From: Octopus sinensis | Lineage: Eukaryota | NCBI RefSeq assembly: GCF_006345805.1 | Contig: NW_021827902.1 | Location: forward strand, 1-9,550 | Direction of reading: 5' to 3' | Length of the DNA: 9,550 bases | Shown here: piece after piece, positions 1-7,726 of the stretch | Layout: the number at the start of each line of letters is the position of its first letter | How positions within the stretch are numbered: the first letter of the stretch is position 1 | Translations under genes and position numbers: made by a program | Notes under the pieces: generated by a model | The model's input: the letters and a program-made list of their open reading frames with translations, nothing else | What the model was told of the DNA's origin: nothing | Databases searched by the model: none

Positions 1-40
1 TCTCTATGTTTAGCCTCTTGTGGGCAATAAAGAAATAAGA
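1..40 (+). mobile_element. 3' end of a tRNA-derived SINE (family A), cut by the window edge
   Basis: tctctatgtttagcctcttgtgggcaataaagaaata matches the reverse complement of 385-423 and 569-605 (ctctgtgtttagccccttgtgggtagtaaagaaata). Confidence 0.75.
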
Positions 41-98
41 TATGGATAGGGTGCTTGTTCGAATTCACTGCTGCTGTTTCGTGCTTTCTTCCATTAAT

Positions 99-222
99 TA
101 TTCTTTATTTATTTATTTTTTAAAGTCACTGGACGGCGACCATGCTGGAGCAAAGCCCTATAAATTGTTTAGTCGTACAAATCTACACCAGTATTTATTC
201 CTTTATAACTCTGGTAAATATT
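99..222 (-). mobile_element. Old SINE family B, 3' part (left piece, interrupted by the trimeric SINE)
   Basis: agtcactggacggcgaccatgctggagca...agtcgtacaaatctacaccagtatttattc aligns with the reverse complement of ~4885-5010 of the full-length copy. Confidence 0.7.
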
Positions 223-800
223 CTTTTCTACTCTAGGCACAAGGCCCGAAATTTTGGGGAGGGAAACAGCCGATTAGATCGACCTCGGTACGCAACTGGT
301 ACTTAATTTATCAACCCAGAAAGGATGAACGACAAAGTCGACCTCGGCGGAATTTGAACTCAGACGTAAAGACAGACGAAATACCTGTTTCTTTACTACC
401 CACAAGGGGCTAAACACAGAGAGGACAAACAAGAATAGACAAAGGGATTAAGTCGATTACATAGACTCCAGTGCGTAACTGGTCCTTATTTAATCGACCC
501 CGAAAGGATGAAAGGCAAAGTCGACCTCGGCGGAATTTGAACTCAGAACATAGCGACAGACGAAATACCTATTTCTTTACTACCCACAAGGGGCTAAACA
601 CAGAGGAGACAAACAAGGACAGACAAACGGATTAAGTCGATTACATCGACCCAGTGCGTAACTGGTACTTAATTTATCGACCCCGAAAGGATGAAAGGCA
701 GAGTCGACCTCGGCGGAATTTGAACTCAGAACGTAGCGGCAGGCGAAATACGGCTACGCATTTCGCCCGGCGTGCTAACGATTCTGCCAGCTCGCCGTCT
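223..800 (-). mobile_element. Trimeric tRNA-derived SINE (family A; octopus-type) with 17-bp TSD
   Basis: Three ~183-bp units (gtcgacctcggcggaatttgaactcaga at 337, 520, 703). The minus-strand head ggcgagctggcagaatcgttagc is A-box-like and gagttcaaattcc is B-box-like. The direct repeat taactctggtaaatatt lies at 206-222 and 801-817. Confidence 0.9.
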
Positions 801-817
801 TAACTCTGGTAAATATT

Positions 818-930
818 TGTATCTGTAGTCGCTTTTTGCCGAGCTGCTAAATTATGAGGACGGGAACAAACCAACGGCGTTTGTTATGTTGAGAGGAGAT
901 AAATAAAGGACGAATACATTCACACACGTA
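818..930 (-). mobile_element. Old SINE family B, continuation (right piece)
   Basis: gtcgctttttgccgagctgctaaattatgaggacgggaacaaacca aligns with the reverse complement of ~4833-4879 (tggtgatgtgtttatgtctccgtaacttaacgattcaggaaaagcgac) and runs into a short CA-rich tract. Confidence 0.65.
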
Positions 931-993
931 TACAACTCAGTTGAGTGTAATATACTGAATACCTGTTGATATTAATACGGCTTCTGTCGTTAA

Positions 994-1080
994 GGGGTAA
1001 AGGGTAAAAAGCCCACTTCGGTCACGAATGACCATGGGATTCCACCTACAAAGTTCCCATTCGAGGCACAAGTCTGGGCA
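994..1080 (-). mobile_element. SINE family C, 3' end with (TTTACCC)n tail; left piece of a MITE-interrupted copy
   Basis: gggtaaagggtaaa...cttcggtcacgaatgaccatggg...aagtctgggca is collinear with 1708-1781. Confidence 0.85.
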
Positions 1081-1626
1081 ATGAAATTTTTTTCCCCACG
1101 TGAGTTCCGGACCCCAGTCATGAACTCATTTGCATACTGCCAATCAGTGCTCAACTAGGAAACTAATTCACGAGTCCATAACAAGTGATGGGCGATAAGT
1201 TAAGGTCACTTGGGTAAGGAATGACCATGCTTCTTTTTCTCTTTTAATAATGCTTTTTGTTCTTGTTCTTGTTTCAACAATGGCTGCCTCTGCGTAGTTA
1301 TTTGTGTTGTTGTTTACTTTGTAAAACAGTAAGGGGTTGCTAGCACATTACCCTCTACCCACATTTTTCCCATCCACATCTTTACCATATGGGGCCCTAA
1401 CAAAATCCGATAATAGGTAAAGATGCAAATCTATCTAATTACTTGTCTCCTTCTAAAATCAGTCATAACTTGGCGATCGGTCGACTTACAATACTGTTCT
1501 TCGTCTTGAGTTTACATGGTAGAGTGTGTTTATTAATTTGACAACAAGGTCAAGGTGAATGCTGATTGGTTGTATGCAAATGGATTCATAACTGGGATCC
1601 GGAACTCTCGTAGGAAAAAAATTCAC
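1081..1626. mobile_element. Non-autonomous DNA transposon (MITE) with long TIRs and 9-bp TSD; Mutator/MULE-like
   Basis: TIRs 1081-1147 and 1562-1626 match at about 56/67 positions by hand count. Flanks gtctgggca (1072-1080) and gtcctggca (1627-1635) each differ by one base from the empty site gtccgggca (1773-1781). No ORF. Confidence 0.88.
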
Positions 1627-1693
1627 GTCCTGGCATGGTTGTTTATGGAAGACCAGCAGTCACCTATGCATACCAGTCTCCCCTCTCCGCACC
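1627..1693 (-). mobile_element. SINE family C, right piece of the interrupted copy (5'-truncated)
   Basis: ggcatggttgtttatggaagaccagcagtcacctatgcataccagtctcccctctcc is nearly identical to 1778-1834. Confidence 0.85.
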
Positions 1694-1707
1694 ATTATAT
1701 GTACATA

Positions 1708-2017
1708 GGGTAAAGGGTAAAGATTCCCTTCGCTCACAAATGACCATGGGTAAGTTACCCTCTAAGGTAGAAGTCCGGGCATGGTTGTTTATGGAAGACC
1801 AACAGTCGCCCATGCATACCAGCCTCCCTTCTCCACCGATGTTACCCAAGGGAAAGACAAAGGCCAATACAGCTTGGCACCAGTGACGTCACAACACTGA
1901 GTGAATTGGAGCAACGCGAAATAAGGTGTCTTGCTAAAAAGCACAACGCACAGCCCGGTCCGGGAATCGAACTCATTACCTCATGATCGTGAGCCCGACG
2001 CTCTAACCACTAAGCCC
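1708..2017 (-). mobile_element. Near full-length tRNA-derived SINE family C (CORE-like central domain)
   Basis: Minus strand shows A-box-like gggcttagtgg (2007-2017), B-box gttcgattc (1964-1972), CORE-like gttgtgctttttagcaagacacctta and a tttaccc tandem tail at 1708-1721. Confidence 0.88.
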
Positions 2018-2386
2018 ACTGGTTATTTGCGACATCAGTGTCTGAGATGATGCAGATATTCTATATATCGTAACAGCGAGATTTGACTGGCATACGGTCA
2101 AACGTATATATATATATATTTCTTCTTTTTACAAAACACAAGATAATATCTCAAATTTGGAATATGGTGAGCTTATTAAATTACGAGATAGTCTCAATGT
2201 GATGTAGTTAAAATCATGTTTTATGATTCTAATGTTAAAAAGCTAAATTATTTTAAGTTATGCAGTAAAAGAAAAATATTAGAGGCCGGTTGTATTCAAC
2301 GATAAATAACAGAAGATCACTTCTAACATACTTCACTCTGCTTGAAGTTTTAGTATACGAATCGTTAAGAAAAACATAGCAAATTA

Positions 2387-2520
2387 TAGACATAGGTATA
2401 ATTGTGTGGTTCCAAACCTCTCTTTGCAACCATGTAGTTTCGAGTTCACTCCTACTGAACAACTGTCTTCTCGTATTGCTCCAGGCTGGCCAATTCCTTG
2501 TGAGTGAATTTGGTAACTGT
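2387..2520 (+). mobile_element. Highly decayed 5' part of SINE family B
   Basis: tgtgtggtt...caaccatgtagtttcgagttcactcctactg...ccttgtgagtgaatttggta is collinear with 4507-4645. Confidence 0.65.
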
Positions 2521-2544
2521 GCCTCAGTCCATCATGTGCGTATA

Positions 2545-2601
2545 TTTTTTTTATTCTTTTATTTGTTTCAGTCATTAGACAGCAGCCATTCTGGCGCATC
2601 G
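2545..2601 (-). mobile_element. 3'-terminal fragment of SINE family B
   Basis: ttttattcttttatttgtttcagtcattagacagcagccattctggcgca is the reverse complement of ~4958-5006. Confidence 0.75.
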
Positions 2602-2653
2602 ATAATCTAAACATAAATTGCGAGTATAACTTTTTCAAGGTGTTCCTTCCATA

Positions 2654-2818
2654 TAGGTGTAGGCATGGCTGTATGGTCAAAAGTTTGCTTCCCAACCGCA
2701 TGGCTGTGGGTTCAGTCCCACTGCGTGGCACCAAGGAGAAAGGTTTTCAAACATAGCGCCGGGTCGATCAAAGCCTTGTGAGTTTGGTAGACAGAAACTA
2801 AATGAAACCTGGTTGTGT

Positions 2819-2857
<39 letters not shown>

Positions 2858-2872
2858 GTGTGCGTGTGCATG

Positions 2873-2919
<47 letters not shown>

Positions 2920-2920
2920 A
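2654..2920 (+). mobile_element. SINE family B, 5' half ending in its internal (TG)n tract (2813-2919)
   Basis: aggcatggctgtatggt (A-box-like), gggttcagtccc (B-box-like) and gccttgtgagtttggtagacagaaact are collinear with 4507-4700; the 3' half is absent. Confidence 0.85.
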
Positions 2921-3169
2921 TACCGTTTATATTCAGGTAGATGGATAAAACGAAAATAGAATTTAATGTACGGTTAATTTTTGATTAAATTTAGTCCCTA
3001 AACAAAAGGCGGCGAGCTGGTGGTGGTGGTGGTGAGGTTGTTGTTTAGCCCTAGGCCGTCCTTCATCGAGAAGAACTAAGATCAACAGCATTCGAGCCTT
3101 GATAAGCCCTTCGTACTTTTAACGGACTTCCGTCCGTCAGAGTTGACCATTTATTTGCATCTGCATGCG

Positions 3170-3266
3170 CAGCCCTGGTTATGGTGGAATTGAAGCCAGG
3201 TAGGTACCCAATGATGCAATTCCTCCTCCCCTCTCCACACGAGTGATATTGTCCAAAGTAAAGGCT
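3170..3266 (-). mobile_element. Diverged remnant related to the body of SINE family C
   Basis: cctcccctctccacacgagtgatattgtccaaagtaaagg resembles cctcccttctccaccgatgttacccaagggaaag (1823-1856). Confidence 0.45.
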
Positions 3267-3422
3267 GCGGCATTTAGGGCCCTCATAACAAAGCACTAGT
3301 ATTATCGCAAGCGTTGCAGTCAGAGCGCAAAGGACTTGAAACAAATATCTTAAGGTACCACGCTGATACCCTAAAATTTCTGCTAGTCGATCACCCTAGA
3401 TTGGTACCTTTCAGGTTTGGTG

Positions 3423-3730
3423 TATCTAACATGACCTTTCTTAAAATGTTAGGGTGCAATGGCATAGCTAGTGTGTGCGTGTGTGCCGCCCGTGATAGCC
3501 TTTGGGTTTTCTCCCTTTCGTCAGCTCCCCCACCCCTCTACACAGGCTTATACATCAGACCCAAAAGTTTTCACCCCCATAAAAGTGTCACCTGGGATGG
3601 ACCTCTCCCCCATCGTCCACCCACTTGCCCCAGTTGCACTGCAGCAGGGATGTGATTTTTTTTAAAAATTTAGTTGCTATTTCTAGCAAATCGAGCGACC
3701 ACTTAGCAGCCACATAGCGACTCCATCGTT
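3423..3730 (-). repeat. Dispersed repeat family D copy, interrupted by an insertion at ~3457-3641
   Basis: 3423-3456 (tatctaacatgacctttcttaaaatgttagggtg) joined to 3653-3730 (tgattt...gttgctatttctagca...ctccatcgtt) aligns with the reverse complement of 4259-4365. Confidence 0.65.
3457..3641. mobile_element. GC-rich MITE with decayed CAGTGGCGTAGCTAG-type ends (hAT-like)
   Basis: Left end caatggcatagctag, right end ccagttgcactg; subterminal motifs gtgccgcccg and gtgtcacctggg; splits the family D repeat. TSD is degenerate. Confidence 0.5.
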
Positions 3731-4258
3731 TGATTCGTCATTTTTTTATTTTATGCGAAGATCCATCAAAACATTGAACAAAGCGTGGTTAAAAAACTGC
3801 TTTATATATTGTAAGCAATGTTACTACAGTCTTAACTAGTCGTGCAATAGTATATCTTATACATAGACTTAGGCAAAAGTAAGGCCGCGTCTTTGCAGGC
3901 ACGTGATCATCTTCCATTCAAGTAATGAGAAAACCACGCCTACCAAACCGCCAAAATAATTTTTTTTTTTTGTTTTGTTTTGCTGGTGGTGGGGGGGTTC
4001 CGTAATAATAGATTTGTATTGCCGAAATGGCTTTATACGTGTCTTAATGTCTGAGAAATTTGTTGCTAATAAGATTACAATTTTTAAACTATTAATCTCA
4101 TCTATAGAAATGAGATTAACAATCCGATACATTGTAATCTTATTAGTTTTCATATCTGTTTATTAAATACTTATTTTCTTCTGCCGACCTCTGGTCTTAA
4201 TATGTTAATTGTTCATCTGACACAACACAATTTTTCTCTCGTCGTTGAAAACCTTCAA

Positions 4259-4365
4259 CAGGAGGGAGCCTCTCTGTAGCTTTTTTCCGCCTGCTAGAAA
4301 TAGCAACCGGATCTTCTTCAAATTACATCCTAACTTTTCAAATAAGCAAAGGAAATATTAGATAA
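4259..4365 (+). repeat. Dispersed repeat family D copy
   Basis: gagggagcctct...cctgctagaaatagcaacc...tcaaattacatccta...aaaggaaatattagataa is shared with 5160-5260 (direct) and 3423-3730 (inverted). Confidence 0.7.
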
Positions 4366-4438
4366 TCTTTCAACGCCGAATAATGACATATTAAAGGCAT
4401 GGATATACTAAAGAGTTGTTCTAGGGGTCCAAGTGCTA

Positions 4439-4488
4439 ATTTAGATAAGCTGTGATTTAGATAACCGTTAATTTAGATAACCGTTAAT
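4439..4488 (+). repeat. 16-bp minisatellite, 3 units
   Basis: atttagataagctgtg / atttagataaccgtta / atttagataaccgtta. Confidence 0.9.
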
Positions 4489-4506
4489 GAATAAATAGAT
4501 ACTATA

Positions 4507-4665
4507 GGTGCAAGCATGGCTGCGTGGTAAGGAGTTTGCTCCCCAAGCACATGGTTCCGGGTTCAGTCCCATTCCGTGGCACCTTGGTCAGGTGTTTTCT
4601 ACTATAGCTTCGGGCCGACCAAGGCCTTGTGAGTGGGTTTGGTAGACAAAAACTGAAAGAAGCCC

Positions 4666-4701
<36 letters not shown>

Positions 4702-4746
4702 GTATGTGTATGTGTGAGTGTGAGAGAGAGAGAGAGAGAGAGTGTG

Positions 4747-4789
<43 letters not shown>

Positions 4790-5010
4790 TTTGCGTCTAT
4801 ATTTGTCCCCTCACCATCGCTTGACAACCGATGGTGATGTGTTTATGTCTCCGTAACTTAACGATTCAGGAAAAGCGACCGATAGAATAAGTTCTAAACT
4901 CACAAAGAATAAGCCCTGGGGATCGATTTCTTTGACTCAAAAACCTCTCAAGGCAGTGTGCCAGCATTGCCGCTGTCAAATAACTAAAACGTGTAAAAGA
5001 ATAAAAGAAT
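4507..5010 (+). mobile_element. Full-length tRNA-derived SINE family B (octopus-type) with internal (TG)n/(AG)n microsatellite at 4668-4788
   Basis: A-box-like tggctgcgtgg, B-box-like ggttcagtcc, CORE-like accttggtcaggtgt, internal microsatellite and (taaaagaa)2 tail; five partial relatives are present in the window. Confidence 0.9.
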
Positions 5011-5159
5011 ATATGCCCCAGAGCGTCGTTATGTCCGCGGAAGGGGTCTATAATGTTGTTATGACGGCCTTGAATCCTAGACATAACACTAGAATAAAGG
5101 GATGGTAGTAATACCATATCTGACGCGAAGATAGCAAAAAACATAACAATTGTCAAAAC

Positions 5160-5260
5160 AATGAGGGAGACTCTACGTAGTCATTAACCTGTTAGAAAGA
5201 GCAGTCAAAACATTCTCAAGTTACTCGCTTAATAAAGAAAATAGGGGAAGGACATATCCG
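5160..5260 (+). repeat. Dispersed repeat family D copy (diverged)
   Basis: gagggagactctacgtagtcattaacctgttagaaagagcagtc parallels 4262-4308. Confidence 0.6.
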
Positions 5261-5291
5261 TTAGTTCCTCGAAAATATTTTCATTCAGCCA

Positions 5292-5323
5292 TACAGTCAT
5301 GGTATTTTCTACAGTCATTGTAT

Positions 5324-5327
<4 letters not shown>
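5292..5327 (+). repeat. 18-bp tandem duplication
   Basis: tacagtcatggtattttc / tacagtcattgtattttc (one mismatch). Confidence 0.85.
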
Positions 5328-5402
<75 letters not shown>

Positions 5403-5485
5403 CATATATATATGAGTGTGTGTCTGTGTGTATGTTTGTGCATGTAGATAGAAGGAGGGACAGGCAAACAGGCAGACAGGCAGAT

Positions 5486-5575
<90 letters not shown>

Positions 5576-5576
5576 G

Positions 5577-5656
<80 letters not shown>

Positions 5657-5657
5657 C

Positions 5658-5718
<61 letters not shown>

Positions 5719-5725
5719 TAGATAG

Positions 5726-5756
<31 letters not shown>
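5327..5756 (+). repeat. Compound microsatellite: (CA)n, (TA)n, (TG)n, (GACA)n, then ~230 bp of (GATA)n
   Basis: Directly visible. Confidence 0.97.
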
Positions 5757-5823
5757 CTAAATCGAAAATTAAAAATAACAAAACAACGAAAGTCAAAAGG
5801 ACGTACACGTGGAATGTGTTAGG

Positions 5824-5880
5824 TTGACGCTCAGTATAAGATGGGTGCATAGACGTTCCGAGCATGGCTCTTCGTCAGAA
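5824..5880 (-). ncRNA. Degenerate minimal type I hammerhead ribozyme-like motif (Penelope-associated type), probably inactive in this copy
   Basis: Minus strand reads UU-CUGACGA-A-GAGC(CAU)GCUC-GGAA-CGUC...GAGC-GUC-AA: intact CUGANGA, perfect 4-bp stem II, GAAA changed to GGAA, stem III base ACG/CGU, GUC triplet, and only 2 bp of stem I. Confidence 0.55.
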
Positions 5881-6133
5881 AGAGAAGAAAGGAAAGGTCT
5901 AGAGAAGGAAAAAAAAGAAAGTCCAAGAAACCGTGTGTGGTTACATGGATCATGGATAAGGTAATCGAAAGTGGAGAGAGATATAGATTTTTTAAGGTAG
6001 GAAAATGTGAAAATGACCTATGTGTATGTGTGTGGTAGTATCTATATGCATGTGTTAGTGTTTGTGTGAATGATGTGTGGGTAAAGGCGTAGTTTCGAAC
6101 AGGTCAGCCGCAGTTCGGTTTAGTGGTGAGAGG

Positions 6134-6136
<3 letters not shown>

Positions 6137-6169
<33 letters not shown>
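6137..6169 (+). repeat. (TA)n microsatellite
   Basis: Directly visible; similar tracts at 2105-2118, 6580-6600 and 7727-7790. Confidence 0.95.
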
Positions 6170-6173
<4 letters not shown>

Positions 6174-6993
6174 CATCTCGAAGTTATTCACCTGAAGGCA
6201 TGCAGGTACACAGCTATTGTTGGATCATATTGAAGCAAGAATGTATATAATACGTGAAACACTCAGCAATTATCAGCTGATAATAATGCAATGAAACAAT
6301 TGTAGTGATTGGGATTAAAACCCGTCCATTCATCTTTTTGTATACACACATGTGCGTGTGTGCGCGCGCGCGTGTATTGTATGGATTCTGCAGATAATAA
6401 CGCACTTCCACGTGCATATCCAGTAAAAAAAACGAATTCCTGCTGTATGATAGCATATGGCAGCTGATACCTTTGGAGGAGCTTTGCGAAACAAACGCTA
6501 TAAGGTTATTTCCCAGACGATTTTATAATTACACGCACGCACATGTATAGTCACATGCACACACACATACACTCATATTTATATATATATATATATATAT
6601 TTGTTAGGTAAGGGTGTCTGTTATACTTTTATTGTAAAACCTTCAGTTGCACATCACATTTCGAGTAATATCGATTTTCAACATTTATTCATTTTCATGA
6701 AAATTATGACTCAAATAATACCTTACTCTGCGATTACTAAAATTCCATTGTCAGTTTTTTTGGGGTTTTTTTTTTTTTCCTATTGTGCTTTTGAATTATT
6801 GTACTGCAATAAAGATATGAAGATATGAATTTTATTTAATTTTTTTTTAAAGAGCTTTTTAAAGACATTTTTCATTTGAAATCTTAAAATTTCGCCAGTC
6901 ATCAACGAGAGGATTCACCTAAGTTATTTATGGAGCAGAGCAGAGCAGAGAATCTCTTCGCACAAAAATCGTTGGAACCGCGCGTGGTAAATA

Positions 6994-7519
6994 CATCACA
7001 GCAGCAATCTGTAGAAACGAACAGCAAGTTCACAAACGCGTAGCAACGTCCAACGAAGCGTTACAATTAATTTTTTTTGTTGTTGATCAAATAAATTTCT
7101 TACTTTTAATTTTTTTTCTCTTTTTTTTTTTTCCTTTTTTCTCATTAGTACAACTAATAATTTTATGAATATTGATAGTTTACCGTAAAGTAATCCAGGA
7201 ATTTTATCATAAAAAAAAAAAAAACTTGACTTAATCAACAAAATTTAGTCAGGAAAATGAAACGCTATAAGTAATACGCTAACCTCAACACGGAAAAGTA
7301 TCAATATTAATATTTATGAATGTTTTGCTACGCCTTGATAAAATTGCTACATTACCCCACGGTAAAATATCAATATCCATAAAATTAATAGGTATATCAA
7401 CGAGAAAAAGAAGGGGGAAATTAATTTGATCAACGAAATTTATGTATTACGCTTGCTATACATAGCAGCGTATACTACGTCATTGCAACTGGACGTTCAA
7501 TGAGATTGTTGATTTGATG
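6994..7519. repeat. Long imperfect inverted repeat (foldback/MITE-like element)
   Basis: Core arms 7136-7209 and 7336-7409 match at about 60/74 positions without gaps. Similarity continues outward (gttgatcaaat, aagcgt, catca..ca.caatct) to ~6994 and ~7519. Confidence 0.75.
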
Positions 7520-7594
7520 ATGACAGTGAATTAGTTTGAGAATAAACTCCGGTCCCGAGATTTCAAATACAAAAACAATAAAATTAATGTGACA

Positions 7595-7726
7595 TAGACG
7601 CAGGCATGGCTATGTGGTAAGAAGTTTTTACTTCCCAAACACATTGCTCCACGTTCTGTTCTACTACGTGGCACCTTCGTTAAATGTCTTCTATTATAAC
7701 TCCTTTGTCAGAGGATTTGGTAGACG
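7595..7726 (+). mobile_element. SINE family B 5' part (diverged), followed by (TA)n
   Basis: gcaggcatggctatgtggtaagaagttt...cgtggcacctt...ggatttggtagac is collinear with 4507-4646. Confidence 0.8.

Noticed and set aside
223-800. CRISPR-like array from regularly spaced repeats
   Set aside because: The whole ~183-bp unit repeats with no unique spacers, there are no cas genes, and the context is a eukaryotic SINE.
1635-1886. 83-aa ORF with an internal repeat
   Set aside because: It reads through two adjacent SINE copies; the peptide repeat reflects the SINE duplication.
1940-2017. Functional tRNA gene
   Set aside because: A and B boxes are present, but no good cloverleaf is evident and the sequence continues into a SINE body; the same applies to the heads at 752-800, 2654 and 4507.
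3063-3655. 93-aa and 113-aa ORFs in the GC-richer stretch
   Set aside because: No recognisable domain, non-ATG starts, and they cross junctions of nested repeats.
4490-5020. TSD around the full-length family B SINE
   Set aside because: Only weak AT-rich similarity (aatagatac vs aatatatgc); not convincing.
6463-6500. Second hammerhead candidate (ctgata...gcgaaac)
   Set aside because: It lacks CUGANGA and a clear stem II; possibly a decayed repeat, but unsupported.
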